A stretch of DNA of 64,000 nt from Trypethelium eluteriae (lineage: Eukaryota): assembly GCA_051942245.1 (NCBI GenBank), contig JAVECL010000002.1, positions 1-64,000 on the forward strand, written 5' to 3'. A program made the translations under genes and the position numbers. The notes below the pieces were generated by a model. It worked only from the letters and a program-made list of their open reading frames with translations, had not been told where the DNA came from and did no database searches. Of this stretch, positions 12,374 to 25,800 are shown in pieces. How positions within the stretch are numbered: the stretch's first letter is position 1; every line of letters starts with the position of its first letter.

Positions 12374-15300
12374 TCACCAAGCAATCTTTGCGAGAAATTC
12401 CTGAGGCCACTTCCTCACTGCGGCCTTGCGAGCCTCGTCAAGTAACAATAGTCCCATTCCAAATGCTACAGGCAAGAAAAAGTTCTCGACTGGAATATTT
12501 GAGCTACCGAGCACCGTCTGTAGCTTCGGGATGTAGAGGAAGAGGAACGCAACGCCCAATGCAAAGAGGATGGCTGGGAAGAGCTTGTAATTCTGCGTCT
12601 CGGGTCGGAAGAGTGGCGGATGCTGAAGGAGAGATAACCGTCTCGTGCGGATAGCAAGTAAATTAAAAATTTGCCTTGTGAACTGGTTAGCTGAGCTGTA
12701 ATGAGCATCTCGGTCATTTCTGCCCTTACATGATGACGAGGTTGATGAAGTAGATACTCGACGACTCATCAAGAACCTTAGTAAAATATGCTTGGCTCAT
12801 ACCGTTCGGTACTCTTCCAAAGCCTAACACCAATTGCTTCAAGAGGATTCCTTTACGTTCGGCATGCCAATAGCTGACTGCGAAGGAACAGAGTGCCATA
12901 ACCGTACCCAGAAAACCATAGGCTTGGAGAAAGAGCTTTCCATTGACCAAACGATCCTTCTTCATATTCCTTGGTTTGCGCGCGAGCACATCGCGTTCAG
13001 GCCTTTCATATGCGATTACAGTAGCCGCCGCACAATCCGTGAAGCAGCAAATGATGATCATCAGGAAACTCGAGAGGATCTGAGGCATTCCGAAGAGGAC
13101 GTTGGTGAAGATTGGCCAGAATTCTGAAAATGTTCCTGCAGCTGCCAAAGTCAGCAGGGTAGGCTGTAAATGAGCTTCTCGAAACTTACGCATGAGGTAA
13201 CAAATGGTCTTCTTGAGATTGTCAAAAACCACGCGACCGTACTTGATAGCTTCAATAATTGCAGAAAACGAGTCGAGAAGCACCATATCCGCAGCTTCCA
13301 TTGCAACTTCGGAACCAGAGCCCATGGCAATCCCAATGTCGGCGGCCTTGAGTGAGGGGGCGTCGTTGACACCATCTCCTGTCACTAATAACAATGTGTA
13401 AGTAGAACAAATAGCAGCATTTCCTAATACTTCGTCTATCGTTCTCAACAAGGAAATTGAAAGCAAAGACTTACTACCCACAACTTTTCCCCGAGCCTGA
13501 AACTCCTTCACTATACGCAATTTTTGCTCTGGCGTAGTGCGCGCAAAAACGATCTCCTGATAGTTGCAGAGCGAGTCCCACTCCTGGCCTCCAAGTTGGT
13601 TGATTTCTACACCGCTAAGAGCTATTCCGCGGGAACCTAAAACCTGTACACCTTTCTCTGCCGCTGAAACCGGTGGCTCAGATGATCTGTCGTCGCTTGA
13701 CAACGCCATGGCATCGTCAACGGCCTCAGGTTGAGTGATGATTCCACATTGTACAGCAATTGCTAGAGCAGTGAGCTTGAAGTCACCGGTAACCATAAAG
13801 ACTCGGATACCAGCGCCACGGAGGGTCTCAATTACCTGCGGAATCTCGTCGCGGGGCGGGTCAAGGATAGCGACGAGTCCAACAAATTCCAGTTCCTTGG
13901 AAGCTTCTTCCAAGGTGCGCTGTTCGTATTCAAGCGAAGCGGTTGAGAGTGAGCGCATCGTCACTGGAAGTTTCTTGCGAGCGAGGAGAATAACCCGCCT
14001 GCCTTGAGAAGACCACTGATTCTTAGTTTCCTCGACAAAATTGCGGTCATCCTGGGTTATAGGTCGCGTATACTTTCCGTTATCGGCCATTACGGCATTG
14101 CATCGAGCAATGAGTATGTCCGGAGCTCCTTTGATTGTTAGAAGTAGGGGTGAAAGAGAATTTGGATCAGTGGAGCTTGTGTCTAGTCTGCTTAAGCCAA
14201 CAGACTGTACGATCTGAACCATGAACTTGTTCTTGCTGTTGAACGCAATCTTGTAGATAGTCTTGAATTGCCTTCGGGTCTCCGACACAGGGACAATGCT
14301 CTCGGCAAATCGAAGAATGGCTTGATCTGTAGCATCGCCATTGATCTTGCGGTTCTTCAGAGGCTGGTCCATAGTCGTAGCGTCGAATTCGCTGGCATTG
14401 CAAAGTCCTCCCATGATACCAAGTTCTTCAGGGCCATCATTGCCTGCGCCCTCGGCTTTCGCCGCCTGCGCAGCCGTCATAATACAGCGGCCAACCATAC
14501 ACTCTGTGACAGTCATCTGGTTCTGGTGAAAATTAGCTGTGGACTGCGGTAACTCTTCTGAACGTAAAGAGTCGTGTGACGGTGATGTCGGATAGGCGGC
14601 GGGTGAGCTTCCAAGGAATGCGACTCCTCTCATGGATCTTTGAACATCAAACCCGATGAGAGGATTGAGAAAGAATAGTGACAAAACTTGACTGACCTCG
14701 GTGAGAGTGCCGGTCTTGTCGGAGCATATGACGCTCACAGAACCCAGAGTCTCCACTGTCTGCAAGCTCTTGCAAAGGATCTTGTTCCGCTTCATAATGC
14801 TCGCTGTAATGGTGAGACTTGAAGTGACTGCAATTGGAAGGCCCTCTGGGACGAAAGCGACGGCAATGGTAACGCAGTCCACAATCAACTGAGGCACAGA
14901 AATCCACGTCGGATGAGATCTCCGTAACCAAGCCGCCCACACGATGAGGACAACAAATATCATGGAGAGCATCATACCAACCACGATCTTGACAAAGTGA
15001 AAGATCTCTCGCTGTAGAGATGTCTGGCCTTGCTTAGGGGGTGCTGTGAGTTTAGCAATACGACCAAAGACCGTGCGATCGCCTGTGGCTACGACAAGGC
15101 CCAATGTAGAGCCTACGACGCAGTGGGTACCTGCTAATCCAATACAGGCCGTTTCCAGGTAATTGTCATCAGTTGAGTCGACACAGCCGTGCAATGGTGC
15201 CGTCTCACCCGTGAGGATGGCGCGGTCAAAACGAGCATCCGTTGAGACTTCGATGAATCGTACGTCCGCCGGAAGCCTGTCGCCCATTTTGATGCACAGA

Positions 15301-16139
15301 AGATCACCAGGAACAATGTCGGCTCCAGGAATATTCTGTCGTGCGCCGTCACGGAAGACAAGGCAATGATCAGGTAACATAGTTTTAATCGATGCCATCA
15401 CGCGGGAACTCGAGAAGTCTACGAAGCCAGAACCGTGATCAATCTTGTAGCGCATGTGGAAAGAGAAGAAGCACACACCTTGATAGAAAGAAAAGGCTGC
15501 CTGTGCGAAGAAGACGCAAATTAACACAATTGCTAGGGCAAGGTTGGATTGTTGTGGCGGTTGCTCAAGCGGTTTCCAGGCTACAAAGACCAGTATCGCG
15601 GCAATGAACAAAATGGGGCCGAACCCGCCAAACAGATAACCCAGTATCCTTTGGAAGCATCGAGATGAAGGCTGAGTAGGTCGATTGGGTCCGTGCTGTT
15701 TGAGCCTCTTTGCTACTTGCTCATTTGATAAACCTTGCGTCGGAGAGCTCGAAAGTCGTAATAGGATTTCTTGGACGGAAAGCTTGTGCCATACAATGTC
15801 TGCAAAATCGATGTCCCCTTTCCTGCCCGTCTTGTCTCCTTCCGCATCCCGAATCTTGCTCTCTTCAACCCGAATAGACCTATGATATAGAGTGAGCGAG
15901 GAGCACTGGTTCTTTCGGAGATGCTCGTAGGCTTACAATGTCCTATAATGAGTTGGCAGGACCAATCCGGGATCAACAGTGTGATTCCTGGAAATGGTAC
16001 GGATTGACATCGAAGAACTTCGTGAAGCACCTCGCGTCGTTTGGCCACGATGGGACCCTGCTCGCGACTCTACGTCGTTGACATACTGAATGCGTGTGCG
16101 ACCCCTCAACGACTCTTGCACGTCCTTCTTATCATCCAT
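12374..16139 (-). CDS. P-type ATPase of the Na+/K+ (P2C/ACU-like) group, multi-exon
   Basis: LTGET, VPEGL, CSDKTGTLT phosphorylation motif, FNSKNK, KGAPD, DPPR, MVTGD, FARTTPEQK and GDGVNDAP motifs; C-terminal DEARK...KIAW. ATG at 16139; at least 6 GT-AG introns. Confidence 0.9.
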
Positions 16140-17186
16140 ACCACAATTGAGCGGATTGCGTGAGTTGAAGAGCGATGGCTCAATCAAATAGAAATGGGAA
16201 CGAGCCCAGCAAAGTGGTTACTGGACGATGAAAATGAAATGATGAAATGGAACTGAAGACAACTGAAGACAACTGGAAATGACCTGGTGAACCAAAGTCG
16301 AGGCACTAAACACGATGTGCGGGTTCGGATGGTGGAAGCTGGGTGGGTTGCACTTGCCCAAGCGATTGCAGCGGATGAAAATTTTGGTACCTTCCATACC
16401 GTACATGTACCTACCTACCTAAGATAGGTACCTAGGTACCCAGTGCATCTGGTTTGCTGCTCAACTCTTTTCTAACACGTGAAGAAAGATTTGCGTGATT
16501 GACTTGCACAATTTTTCGACTTGTTTACGGTGATGGGCTACCGAGGGAAAGAGATAACAACAGGACCATCTCGAATGGACGATTGACGCACTCCTATTGG
16601 CCTACGTAGATCATGACCCTGAAATAGGAGTTGCACTGTTTCTGATGCAGTTACCAATAGCTAGCTTGACTACCCAAGAGGTCACTCATAGAGATACGCA
16701 GTAGGTAGAGGGGAGTAACCTCTGACGGAGTGCCAGTATGGTGGAGATGTCGAGATGCAAATGTGAGACATAAGTAGATTCCGATAGTCTCGATCTTGAT
16801 AGCTCACTTATGAGTGTCCTGTTAATTAGCCCGCTCGTCTTTAGCGCAATAGGCGTGAACATGAAAGTGGGATCTCCTGTGGGGCTAGCTAATGGTACTA
16901 CCTTCGCTGTCAATTTCGTAATGTCAGCGGATTGAGTGCCGACACAAAGCGTGTGTAAAAAGTAGATCCATCAGACACCACAAAGCATACTTCGACTACC
17001 TACGCGAGCCATTAATTGGCAGCTCGCGCGCTTTGAGGAGACCCCATCATTCATGAACGTTGTGACTTTCTGCTTATCTCATTATCCATTTGTTACCCTC
17101 TTCGAAGCCAGATGCTGGAAAACACACACTTCGTGCGCAGCTGATCACGGGGTATTAATCGGATATCGTTTACCGGTTCGCTCAGT

Positions 17187-18047
17187 TCATCCGAACGTTT
17201 TCTGATTGAATTCATTAATGATCGACCGCGCAGCTCTGACGATTTCGAGGCAGTCGGGAGAGTCAGAATGACAGCATAGAGAGACTTCGTGCTCTCCGAT
17301 TGGCAGCTGTATTTTCTGTCCATTTATCGCCGTGACCGACGCTGTCTCAACTTGTTCGCGAATATGCTTTTGTGTCTCTTCTGCTGTCCACGCTCTGCTT
17401 TCTTCGTAAGTGTGAGTCAAACAATGGATTGAATAGAGAACGCACTTCTTTTTGCGGTCGATGACGAGAGTTTTATCGGAATTGTACTTGACGTCTCCGT
17501 ATAGCTCTGCGGTGAATGGCAAACCCAGTTCCTTTGCTACTTCTTCATGACACGTTCCAGCCAATCCAAATACTCTGATGCCCTTCGGCACGCCGGCGTA
17601 CACAGCTTTGCAAGTTTCTCTGTCACGATACATCATACCGTACAAGACGCCATGGGGTTTGACATGATTCAGCGGCAGACCTTCAACGTCGAGGAAAGCT
17701 TGGAGGGCCCCTATTTGATACCGAGTCATGGCCGTGAGCTCTTCCGGATACATTTTGATTTCGCGACGGCCGAAGCCTTGAACGTCTGGAAGGCCGGGGT
17801 GAGCGCCGACTGCAACGTTGTATTGCTTACAAAGAGCGACCGTCCGTTGCATGATCAAAGGATCACTATGGCGAATGTCAGTCTGTTCAGGTCTTTGAAA
17901 GGCCGACGGTGCTGGATACCCAGCGTGAAACCCGCAAGCCACGTTCGCGTGGTCAATCATCTGGATTAGTTCCTCATCAGGTCCACATTTGTAATTGCCA
18001 TATGCTTCTCCTAGATCTACATTCATCATAACCTTGTGCCTGACCAT
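17187..18047 (-). CDS. lamB: LamB/YcsF (PxpA, 5-oxoprolinase subunit A family) lactam-utilisation protein
   Basis: NVDLGEAYG, ANVACGFHAG|DP, GAHPGLPDVQGFGRR, HVKPHGVLY and LCCHSD motifs; two short in-frame introns. Confidence 0.9.
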   Translation of the reverse strand: MVRHKVMMNVDLGEAYGNYKCGPDEELIQMIDHANVACGFHAGYPAPSAFQRPEQTDIRHSDPLIMQRTVALCKQYNVAVGAHPGLPDVQGFGRREIKMYPEELTAMTRYQIGALQAFLDVEGLPLNHVKPHGVLYGMMYRDRETCKAVYAGVPKGIRVFGLAGTCHEEVAKELGLPFTAELYGDVKYNSDKTLVIDRKKKCVLYSIHCLTHTYEESRAWTAEETQKHIREQVETASVTAINGQKIQLPIGEHEVSLCCHSDSPDCLEIVRAARSIINEFNQKTFG

Positions 18048-18480
18048 TATCACCCTGGGGATAAGAAGTGTCAAAGCAATCCTGCTCGTCTTCTCAGCCC
18101 TATTTGCTACCGGATTGGATTTTCTGTAATATGTCGTTTCTAGACCCTTGTCCTGGGAATTGGTAAGGTAGTCTACGGTAACAGGTGTCAAGCTGCCCCA
18201 CCCTCTTCGGCTTATCGTCCCATCATCACGCCGAATTCAGCAAGCTGAGCGCGGTTGATGGTGATTCGACAGGCCATTAGTGTGTTTAGGTACCCAGGTA
18301 TTTTCGCGACAGAGGAGCGAAAGCCTCTTATCTGGGACAGATGAAAGGCGGGGTTCCGGACAGCCATGACGGATAGCGTTGAAAGACGGCAAGATGGCTT
18401 TATGACAATGTGGATTCATCGTCAACAAGTACCAAAGGAAGAGTGCAGGTTTCTTGGTTCTTCTTATGGATTGAGGAGCG
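18048..18480. promoter_or_regulatory. Bidirectional lamB/lamA promoter with GATA (AreA-type) and SYGGRG (CreA-type) sites
   Basis: 433 bp between divergent ATGs. GATAAG at 18060, CTTATC at 18211 and 18327; CTGGGG at 18055, CCCCAC at 18196, GCGGGG at 18348. Confidence 0.55.
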
Positions 18481-21400
18481 ATGCAAAAAATTAACTCTCT
18501 GCTGATTGCAAACAGGGGGGAGATTGCGGTACGCACGTTTCTGGACTAGGTTCAAGCTCTGACGTCACCCTGTAAACAGCCTCACTAATCTTATTTCCCC
18601 TTCGTCTAATATCAGGTCCGTCTTGCACAAACGGGGAAGAAACTTGGTATCCGTACCATCTCCGTCTATTCGGAAGCTGACGCGGCCTCGAGCCATGTAA
18701 AAGCTGCAAACGAAGCTGTCTTGCTGTCGGGCAATAGCTCGACCGTTTACACAGATGGCGAACAAATTGTCAGGATTGCCAAGGAGAAACGTGTCGACGC
18801 GATAATTCCGGGTTATGGATTTCTGTCGGAGAATGCAGAATTTGCACGTCAGGTCAAGGATGCTGACATTGCCTGGGTGGGTCCTTCACCTGAGGCAATC
18901 GAAGCATTTGGCATCAAACACGTAGCTAGAGATCTTGCGGAGAAGGCTGGAGTACCAATTGTCCCTGGAACCAAAGGTCTTGTCGACAATGAAGATGATG
19001 CGGTTGAGGCTGCACAAAGCCTCAGTTTCCCCGTAATGCTTAAGGCTACGGGAGGCGGCGGGGGTATGGGTCTTGTAACTTGCTCCACTGCTGAAGAGGT
19101 GAAGAATGGCTTTGAGACGGTCAAATCAAGGGGACAAACCCTCTTCAAGAACGCTGGCGTCTTCATTGAGCGGTATTATCCGTCAAGTCGACACATCGAG
19201 GTGCAAATCTTCGGCAATGGGCAAGGTGAAGCTATACATTTCGGTGAACGGGAATGCTCGATCCAACGAAGACATCAAAAAGTTATTGAAGAGTGTCCCA
19301 GTCCGTTCGTCGAAAAGCATGAAGGCATGCGCGAGAAACTCGGTGATGCAGCTGTGAGTCTTGCCAAGTCCATCAAATACGGCTCAGCGGGAACGATCGA
19401 GTATCTCGTAGACGACAATACAGGGGACTTCTTTTTCCTGGAGATGAACACGAGACTGCAGGTCGAGCACGGAATCACTGAATTGTGTTACAACGTGGAT
19501 TTAGTGGAACTTATGCTCAAGCAAGCAGATGCTGAGTTAGCAGGTACTGGTGGAATGTCTGTGGAAGAACTTCAGGCCTTGCAACCAAAAGGCCCAAACG
19601 GCGCAGCCATCGAAGCTCGAGTTTATGCTGAAAACCCCTTACGAAACTATGCCCCTTCTCCTGGTCTTCTACAAGAGGTAGAATGGAAGGAGCTTGAGGG
19701 TAGCCGAATCGACACATGGGTATTTACTGGATCAAATGTGACGCCAAATTATGGTCTGGCTAACCCTCCGTGTAAGATGAAAGCTACAGCTGACTTCTGG
19801 TAGATCCTCTCATTGCCAAGGTCATGCATCACGCACCTTCGCGTGATAGAGCTATTCGTGGCATACATAATCTCTTATCCGAATCACGTATTTGCGGTCC
19901 TCCTACTAATCTTGAATTTCTGGCTACAATCGTTACCAACCAAGATTTCGAGTCTGGGCGTACTCTGACTAATTTCCTAGATTCTTTCACCTTTCATGCG
20001 TCTGCTATCGACGTCCTCTCAGGAGGATCGTACACTCTAATCCAAGACTTAACTGGACGGCCTGCTGTTGGCAAGGGGATACCCCATTCAGGGGCTTTGG
20101 ACCCTGTTGCTCTAAGTATTGGTAATATGCTGGTCGGGAATTCTAGGAGCACCGAAGGTCTTGAGATAACTCTGAGTGGCCCGGAGCTTCGTTTCGTCGG
20201 TCCTGCCATTATAGCCCTTTGCGGTGCAGATATGGATGCGTCGATAGACGGAACTCCGTTTCCGATGTGGACCAGGCGGAGGATCTGTGCAGGACAAAAA
20301 TTGAATATTGGTAAAACCACCGCTGGAGGCTGCAGATCGTATCTTGCAGTCCACGGAGGTTTCCCGTCAGTGGCCACCTGCTTCGGATCCAAAAGCACTT
20401 CTCCTGTCGTGAATATTGGAGGATATCAAGGCCGTTGCCTCGCACCTGGTGATCTGTTGGCGATTGCGAAAATTCTACCAGACCATCTTCTTCATGATGT
20501 CATTCTACCCAAGCACTTGCGTCCGTCGTACACAAACAATTGGGAGATTATGGCCATGGTCGGTCCTCATGATGAAGGCTATATTGATCCTCAAGGGATT
20601 GAGATGATATATAATACCCAATGGAAAGTCTCTCATAACGCTAGCCGGAGCGCAATTCGTCTGGTTGGACCAATACCAAAATGGGCCCGTAAGGACGGCG
20701 GTGAAGGAGGCGCACATCCCAGTAATGTTGTCGAGTACGGTTACAATCGAGGGGCTATGAATTTCACGGGTGATGAACCTTGTATCTTTTCTGAGGACTG
20801 TCCAAATTTCGGCGGTTTCATCTCGTCCACTACAGTGATTCGTGCTGAGTTTTGGAAGCTTGGACAGATCAGAGCCGGTGACATGATTCGGTATCGAAGG
20901 GTTTCACTTGTCGACGCTTTGGTAGCCAGGGGTTCACTTGATGAGGTTCTTGATGCTATTGAGAATTCTCTCAGTGAAGACAAAGACCTCTCTAGCGTTT
21001 CAGTGAAATACCCCAGCGCCGTCGAATCAGATGACTGGGGCAAATCTATTATTTCAGAACGGGAGGCCAAGGGCAACCAACCAGCAATACGCTATCGGCA
21101 GGTCAGCTCAGATCCTTCTTGCCCTTCAACCCTCCTGAACTAAAATCGCATTAGGGTGGCGATGACTATCTCATCGTCCAATATGGCTTCGAGCAATTCG
21201 ACCTCAACCACCGCTGTCGTGTCTCCGCCCTTGAATCAGCTCTCCGCTCAACCACAACGCCCACCAGTATCCAGACACACCTAATCAACACTGTCGGCTG
21301 CTGTACTACCCTCACCATCTTCTACAATGGCTTTGCCCTCTCGCGTTTTGAGCTCGTGACCCACCTCCAAGCCCTTGAAGCCCGACTCGGCGACCTCTCC

Positions 21401-22439
21401 ACCACCAAGGTCCCATGCCGCCGCTTCCGCCTCCCTATCACTTTTCATTCGCGCGAGCAAGATGAAGCCACGGCACGCTACATGGCCAACCAACGGCCTC
21501 ATGCTCCCTACCTCCCGGATAACCTCGCCTTCGTCGCCCGTAATAATGCTCTCACTTCAGATCAGCTCAAGCACATCTATCTCACCCAAACTTTCATGGC
21601 GGTTGTAGTTGGCTTCTTCTGTGGTAACACAGTCTCCCTCCCTGTCGATCCACGCTGTCGCCTATCAGCGCCGAAAATGAATCCCTCGCGCGTCTTCACA
21701 CCTGCTGGGACCGTGGGTTGGGCCGGCAGCTGCATGTCCATCTACCCTGTGGATTCTCCGGGGGGCTACCAGATGACCGGACGCACGATCCCGATTTTCG
21801 ATCTGTACGGAGCAAAGCCTGGATTTGCGGAGAATCGTCCGTGGCTGTTTCGCGATTTTGACCTGCTGACGTATTACGAGGTTGACGAGGAGGAGATGCG
21901 TGACTTGTTGAGGAAATGGAAGACAGGAAGATGGCTATGGAGTTGGGAGGAGATTGAATTCGACATGGAGGAGCATAATCGATTGCTGGTCGAGACTAAG
22001 GAGGAAGTAAAGGTGATAAGAGAGCGGCAGGCGGCGGCGCAAGAGGAGATGAATCAGGCGGAGGAGGAGAGTCTGAGAAGATGGAGGGAGGAGAAGGCCA
22101 AGAACAAGGTGGATGAGGCGACAGTGGAGAAGTTATTAGATGGTGAGTTCGAAGCATGCAAGGATGAAGAACCAATCGTTAATGCAAAGGTATTCAGATT
22201 CCTCGATATTGACGGTGGAAGCTCCTGTCGATGCAAATGTGTGGAAAGTGGAAGTCGAGGAAGGAAAATTGGTCAAACCAGGACAGAGCGTTGTTGTCCT
22301 GGAAGCAATGAAGCTGGAAATTGCTGTGAAAGCACCGAATGATGCAACTACCGGGACAACTGTTGTTGAAAAACTGTTGGTAATGCCAGGTGATACTGTA
22401 AAAGCAGGCGGAAAGCTGGCCCTTCTCAGGAGGACGTGA
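18481..22439 (+). CDS. lamA: LamA-like / urea-carboxylase-like biotin enzyme: biotin carboxylase + carboxyltransferase (PxpC- and PxpB-like AHS2/AHS1) + biotinyl domain
   Basis: LLIANRGEIA|VR (intron 18529..18615), PGYGFLSEN, GGGGMG, RECSIQRRHQKVIEE, FLEMNTRLQVEH; GGEGGAHPSN; SPGGYQMTGRT; biotin motif EAMKLE. No amidase (allophanate hydrolase) domain is present. Confidence 0.88.
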
Positions 22440-22821
22440 TCTGTTCGTGGGCTGATTCCAAACAAGATACATTTTTGTCTCCACAGGCTCGGGAGGTCTC
22501 CTAGTCAAAACTACTCAAAATTTCACGGTGATTTTTTTTGGGATTTAACCAGGTAAAAGGACTGAAGACTGAAGATAGAGAAGGAACGGCAAACAAAAGA
22601 GGCTACCTATAGAGTAAAATATTCTATTTCGCCACCGTATGTGAGGCGTTCCCCCGGCAATCTTTCCGCTGAGTACCCCGTTCACGCATGAATTCTGTCC
22701 CTCCTCTATACAAACCCGAACCCTAGAAATACACATCGTTTCGCAATGACCCATTACGTCAGTAGTCATATGTTCGCTCAATACAGAGAGGGAGGCCCTC
22801 TACCCAAGACTCCAGCCTGCC

Positions 22822-25800
22822 CTATTCCCTCATCTCGCCAACGGAACCCCTGCTCAATCCCCCCCGATACCCAACACCGCTCTGCGGTCCCTCTGCCAGA
22901 TCCCGGATCTGCCCTGCGGCCATCCTCGCCTTCTCTCTCACATCCGCAACCGCATCCTGCTCCAGCGCTCTCGTCCGCTCCTCCATGCCCAGATATTGGA
23001 GCTCCTTTGCGCGGTGCCGGGCAGATGGGCCATCCGCACTATCCTCCACCCACAAGAGGTTCGTCACCAGCTGCACGCAGTGGCCGCGGACTCTCGGATC
23101 CGCGTGGACGAAGTGCGGCAGCACGGCCTGGAGTAGCGATTTCTGCGCGATGACCTGTTGGAGGTGTTTCGGGCGGCCGGCGGCTAGATGGACGAGGACG
23201 AGTATGGTGGCGTTGATGATTTCGGGTGGTTGATAAAAGGGAGTTTGATTCGATTGCTGGGCGGCGCTGGTGGTGGTTATAGGAGGGCTGGGAGAGATGG
23301 CCGGGACGCCGAAGGAGAAGCGTTTTGGAATCGATGAGGTGGTGTGATTGGTGAGGCCGGAGGCGGGCGATGGTGAAAAGGTCGAGCGAGGACGGAGTTT
23401 GGAAAGGAGGATGTCGAAGACGCGAGCAGAGCCAATGTTTTGGTAAACATGGTCGATCATGTCTGGGCAGGTGGCACCGTTGATGAGGTTGCGAAGGAAG
23501 TCGAGGGCTTGTTCTTGGATCTGAAGATCGTCGCGGCGAGCTAGAATAATGGGGTTTTGTTCGGCATTCTTGAACACTCTCAACCGCGATTTGTGGAGAT
23601 TAGTGCTTGTACTTCGGAGATTGCTGGGTTTGCTAAGGGTCCCCATGTCGTCGGTCATGGCGTCTTCGTCTTCTTGTTCTTCATCATCCGAATCTTCCAT
23701 TTCCATTGACTGCTCAACTGCATTGAGCAAATCTACTTGCTCGCCTGCAGCATTCGATACACCCATTGATGCAGTAGGATACTGATTTTGTCCTGCTTGA
23801 TCCTCCCCGGTCAGGATCTGTACAAGTAGCCCGGTCCCGAAATCATGCAGGCATTTTGTCTTTCCGTCAAATGGAGATTTTAAAATCACATGCTTGAGAG
23901 CCCACAAAGATAGATAGCGAAGCGTCGGGTTTGATGACCGGGCATGCTCAACCAATCTGTCCATGGTACCGGTAGACATCAACGTGTCCATCTCTTTATT
24001 TGAGGAGATGTTATTGTTGTTACTAGTCGATGAATCGGAGTCTTGCATTGGACTACCTGGGGCCGAAAGATTGATGATTACATCAGTTGCTGAGAGCTTT
24101 ATTTCTAGGATAGGATGCTTCAGGAGTTCGTATATTGGTTTGCCAATGCCTGCGTCGGTCAAATTCGTACGTAGTACACTGATCGAGCGAGCGAGTGTCC
24201 TTGCTGCGTAACATGCAGCTAGAATCACTCTGACTGGATTGCCATTTCGAGTGAAGTTGCTACCATTATTTGTCTTTATCCCTGAATATGAATATGGTTT
24301 CAAAGAGTCAATCAAGTAAGGAGTGATGGCGTTTTTCGCGACCTCCTTTCGGTGGTCCTCGATAAGTCCAGCCATTGCACCCAAAGCTCTCAAGGCACCT
24401 TCCCTGCAGCGCTCTACATGAACTTGCCTTAAAGATAGACCGGGCATGCCGATCGAAGTGGAGCCTGCCAGGTCTGTATCACCCCCGAGCACTGAATCTG
24501 AATCTGGCGACCACAGGGGCTTTGCAGGGGAAACAGCGTTGAAAGTGGCCTTGAGTAATTGCGCAAGCTTCTTGATCACCCCTGCATCTTGAGCAGCTGT
24601 TTGAAGAATTTTACTCTCATCGACTAAAGCAGCCAAGGCGAAAGGGGCTCGCTCTTGGACTAAAAGCTTCTCACGGTCCCGCACAAGATTCAGTGAATGA
24701 TCCGCCGATGAAGGTGAGCGGAGATATGGACTCGAGTTGTGGTCAATCATTTTGACAAGGATGGGTATACCGAGGAAAGCCAGCACTCGTTCTCGGGTAC
24801 CATTTGACGTGTTGATGCGTGGGTCCAGAGAGTTTGATCCTAGCACACCAGCAACAGACTTCAGCAACCAGAGCGCCGTAATCCTTGTTAATCCCTCCTC
24901 CGATCTGGCAATGTGAAGAAGCCAGGCAAACATGGGGCTATCTAAATCATCGGAGGATAAAGGCCTTTCAGGGGATGCTCGCGACGTATCTCGCGGAGTG
25001 CCGTAGTGATTTCCATAGCCTGGGAATGCTCTAGAAAACCCACTTTCGCCCTTTTTTTGCGGATTAGGGATTTGTGGGAGAAGTCGCTCTAAAGGGTTAA
25101 TTTGCAGTGGTGTCGAAAGACCACCAAGGAAAGGTCCGGCGTTCAGAGCAGGCGGTTGTGGCCGGTACGTGGGAAACACGGCGACGATGGAGGGGGAATA
25201 AAGAAATCGAGCGGTTCGATATTTCGAGCCCTCCACGATTCCACGGATAGCCTCGAGATATATACTCAGATCGGACTTTGGTGGGGGAGAGGGAAGGGTA
25301 GCAATGACTGCCGCGTCGACACCAGGAAGCACATAGCCAAGCTGAATGATGAGTGCGGCTAATCGAGAGCTCAATCCGTCGAGGATTCCAGCCCTAACGA
25401 GAACATTTTGATAGTATTCTTGTTGACAGGTTCTGGCGATCAATTGAACGACCAGGGATACTTCCCGGGGATAAAAGGGCAATGCCAAGATCTCATTAAA
25501 CGTAGCAGCGACTGCTCGAGAGCTCAGCGCAGTAGTGAGCTCCTTTCCTACTGGATAATGTTCGGTTTGATGTGGGAAATCTGGGATCAATTGTACGGTG
25601 TCCGCGATAACTATGAGTGTACGAAGTGCCGCGACGATAATTCGAGGCGGTGATTTGGTGGGAATAATGCAATCAAATAGAGGAGAGAGCGTTCCGGCTT
25701 TGATCAGAGGAGAGACGAATGAAGGACCTCCTATCATATTGTTAACTTGCTTCATTGTTGATGGTTCTTAACGTACCTTGCGCAATACTCTCCGTGACCA

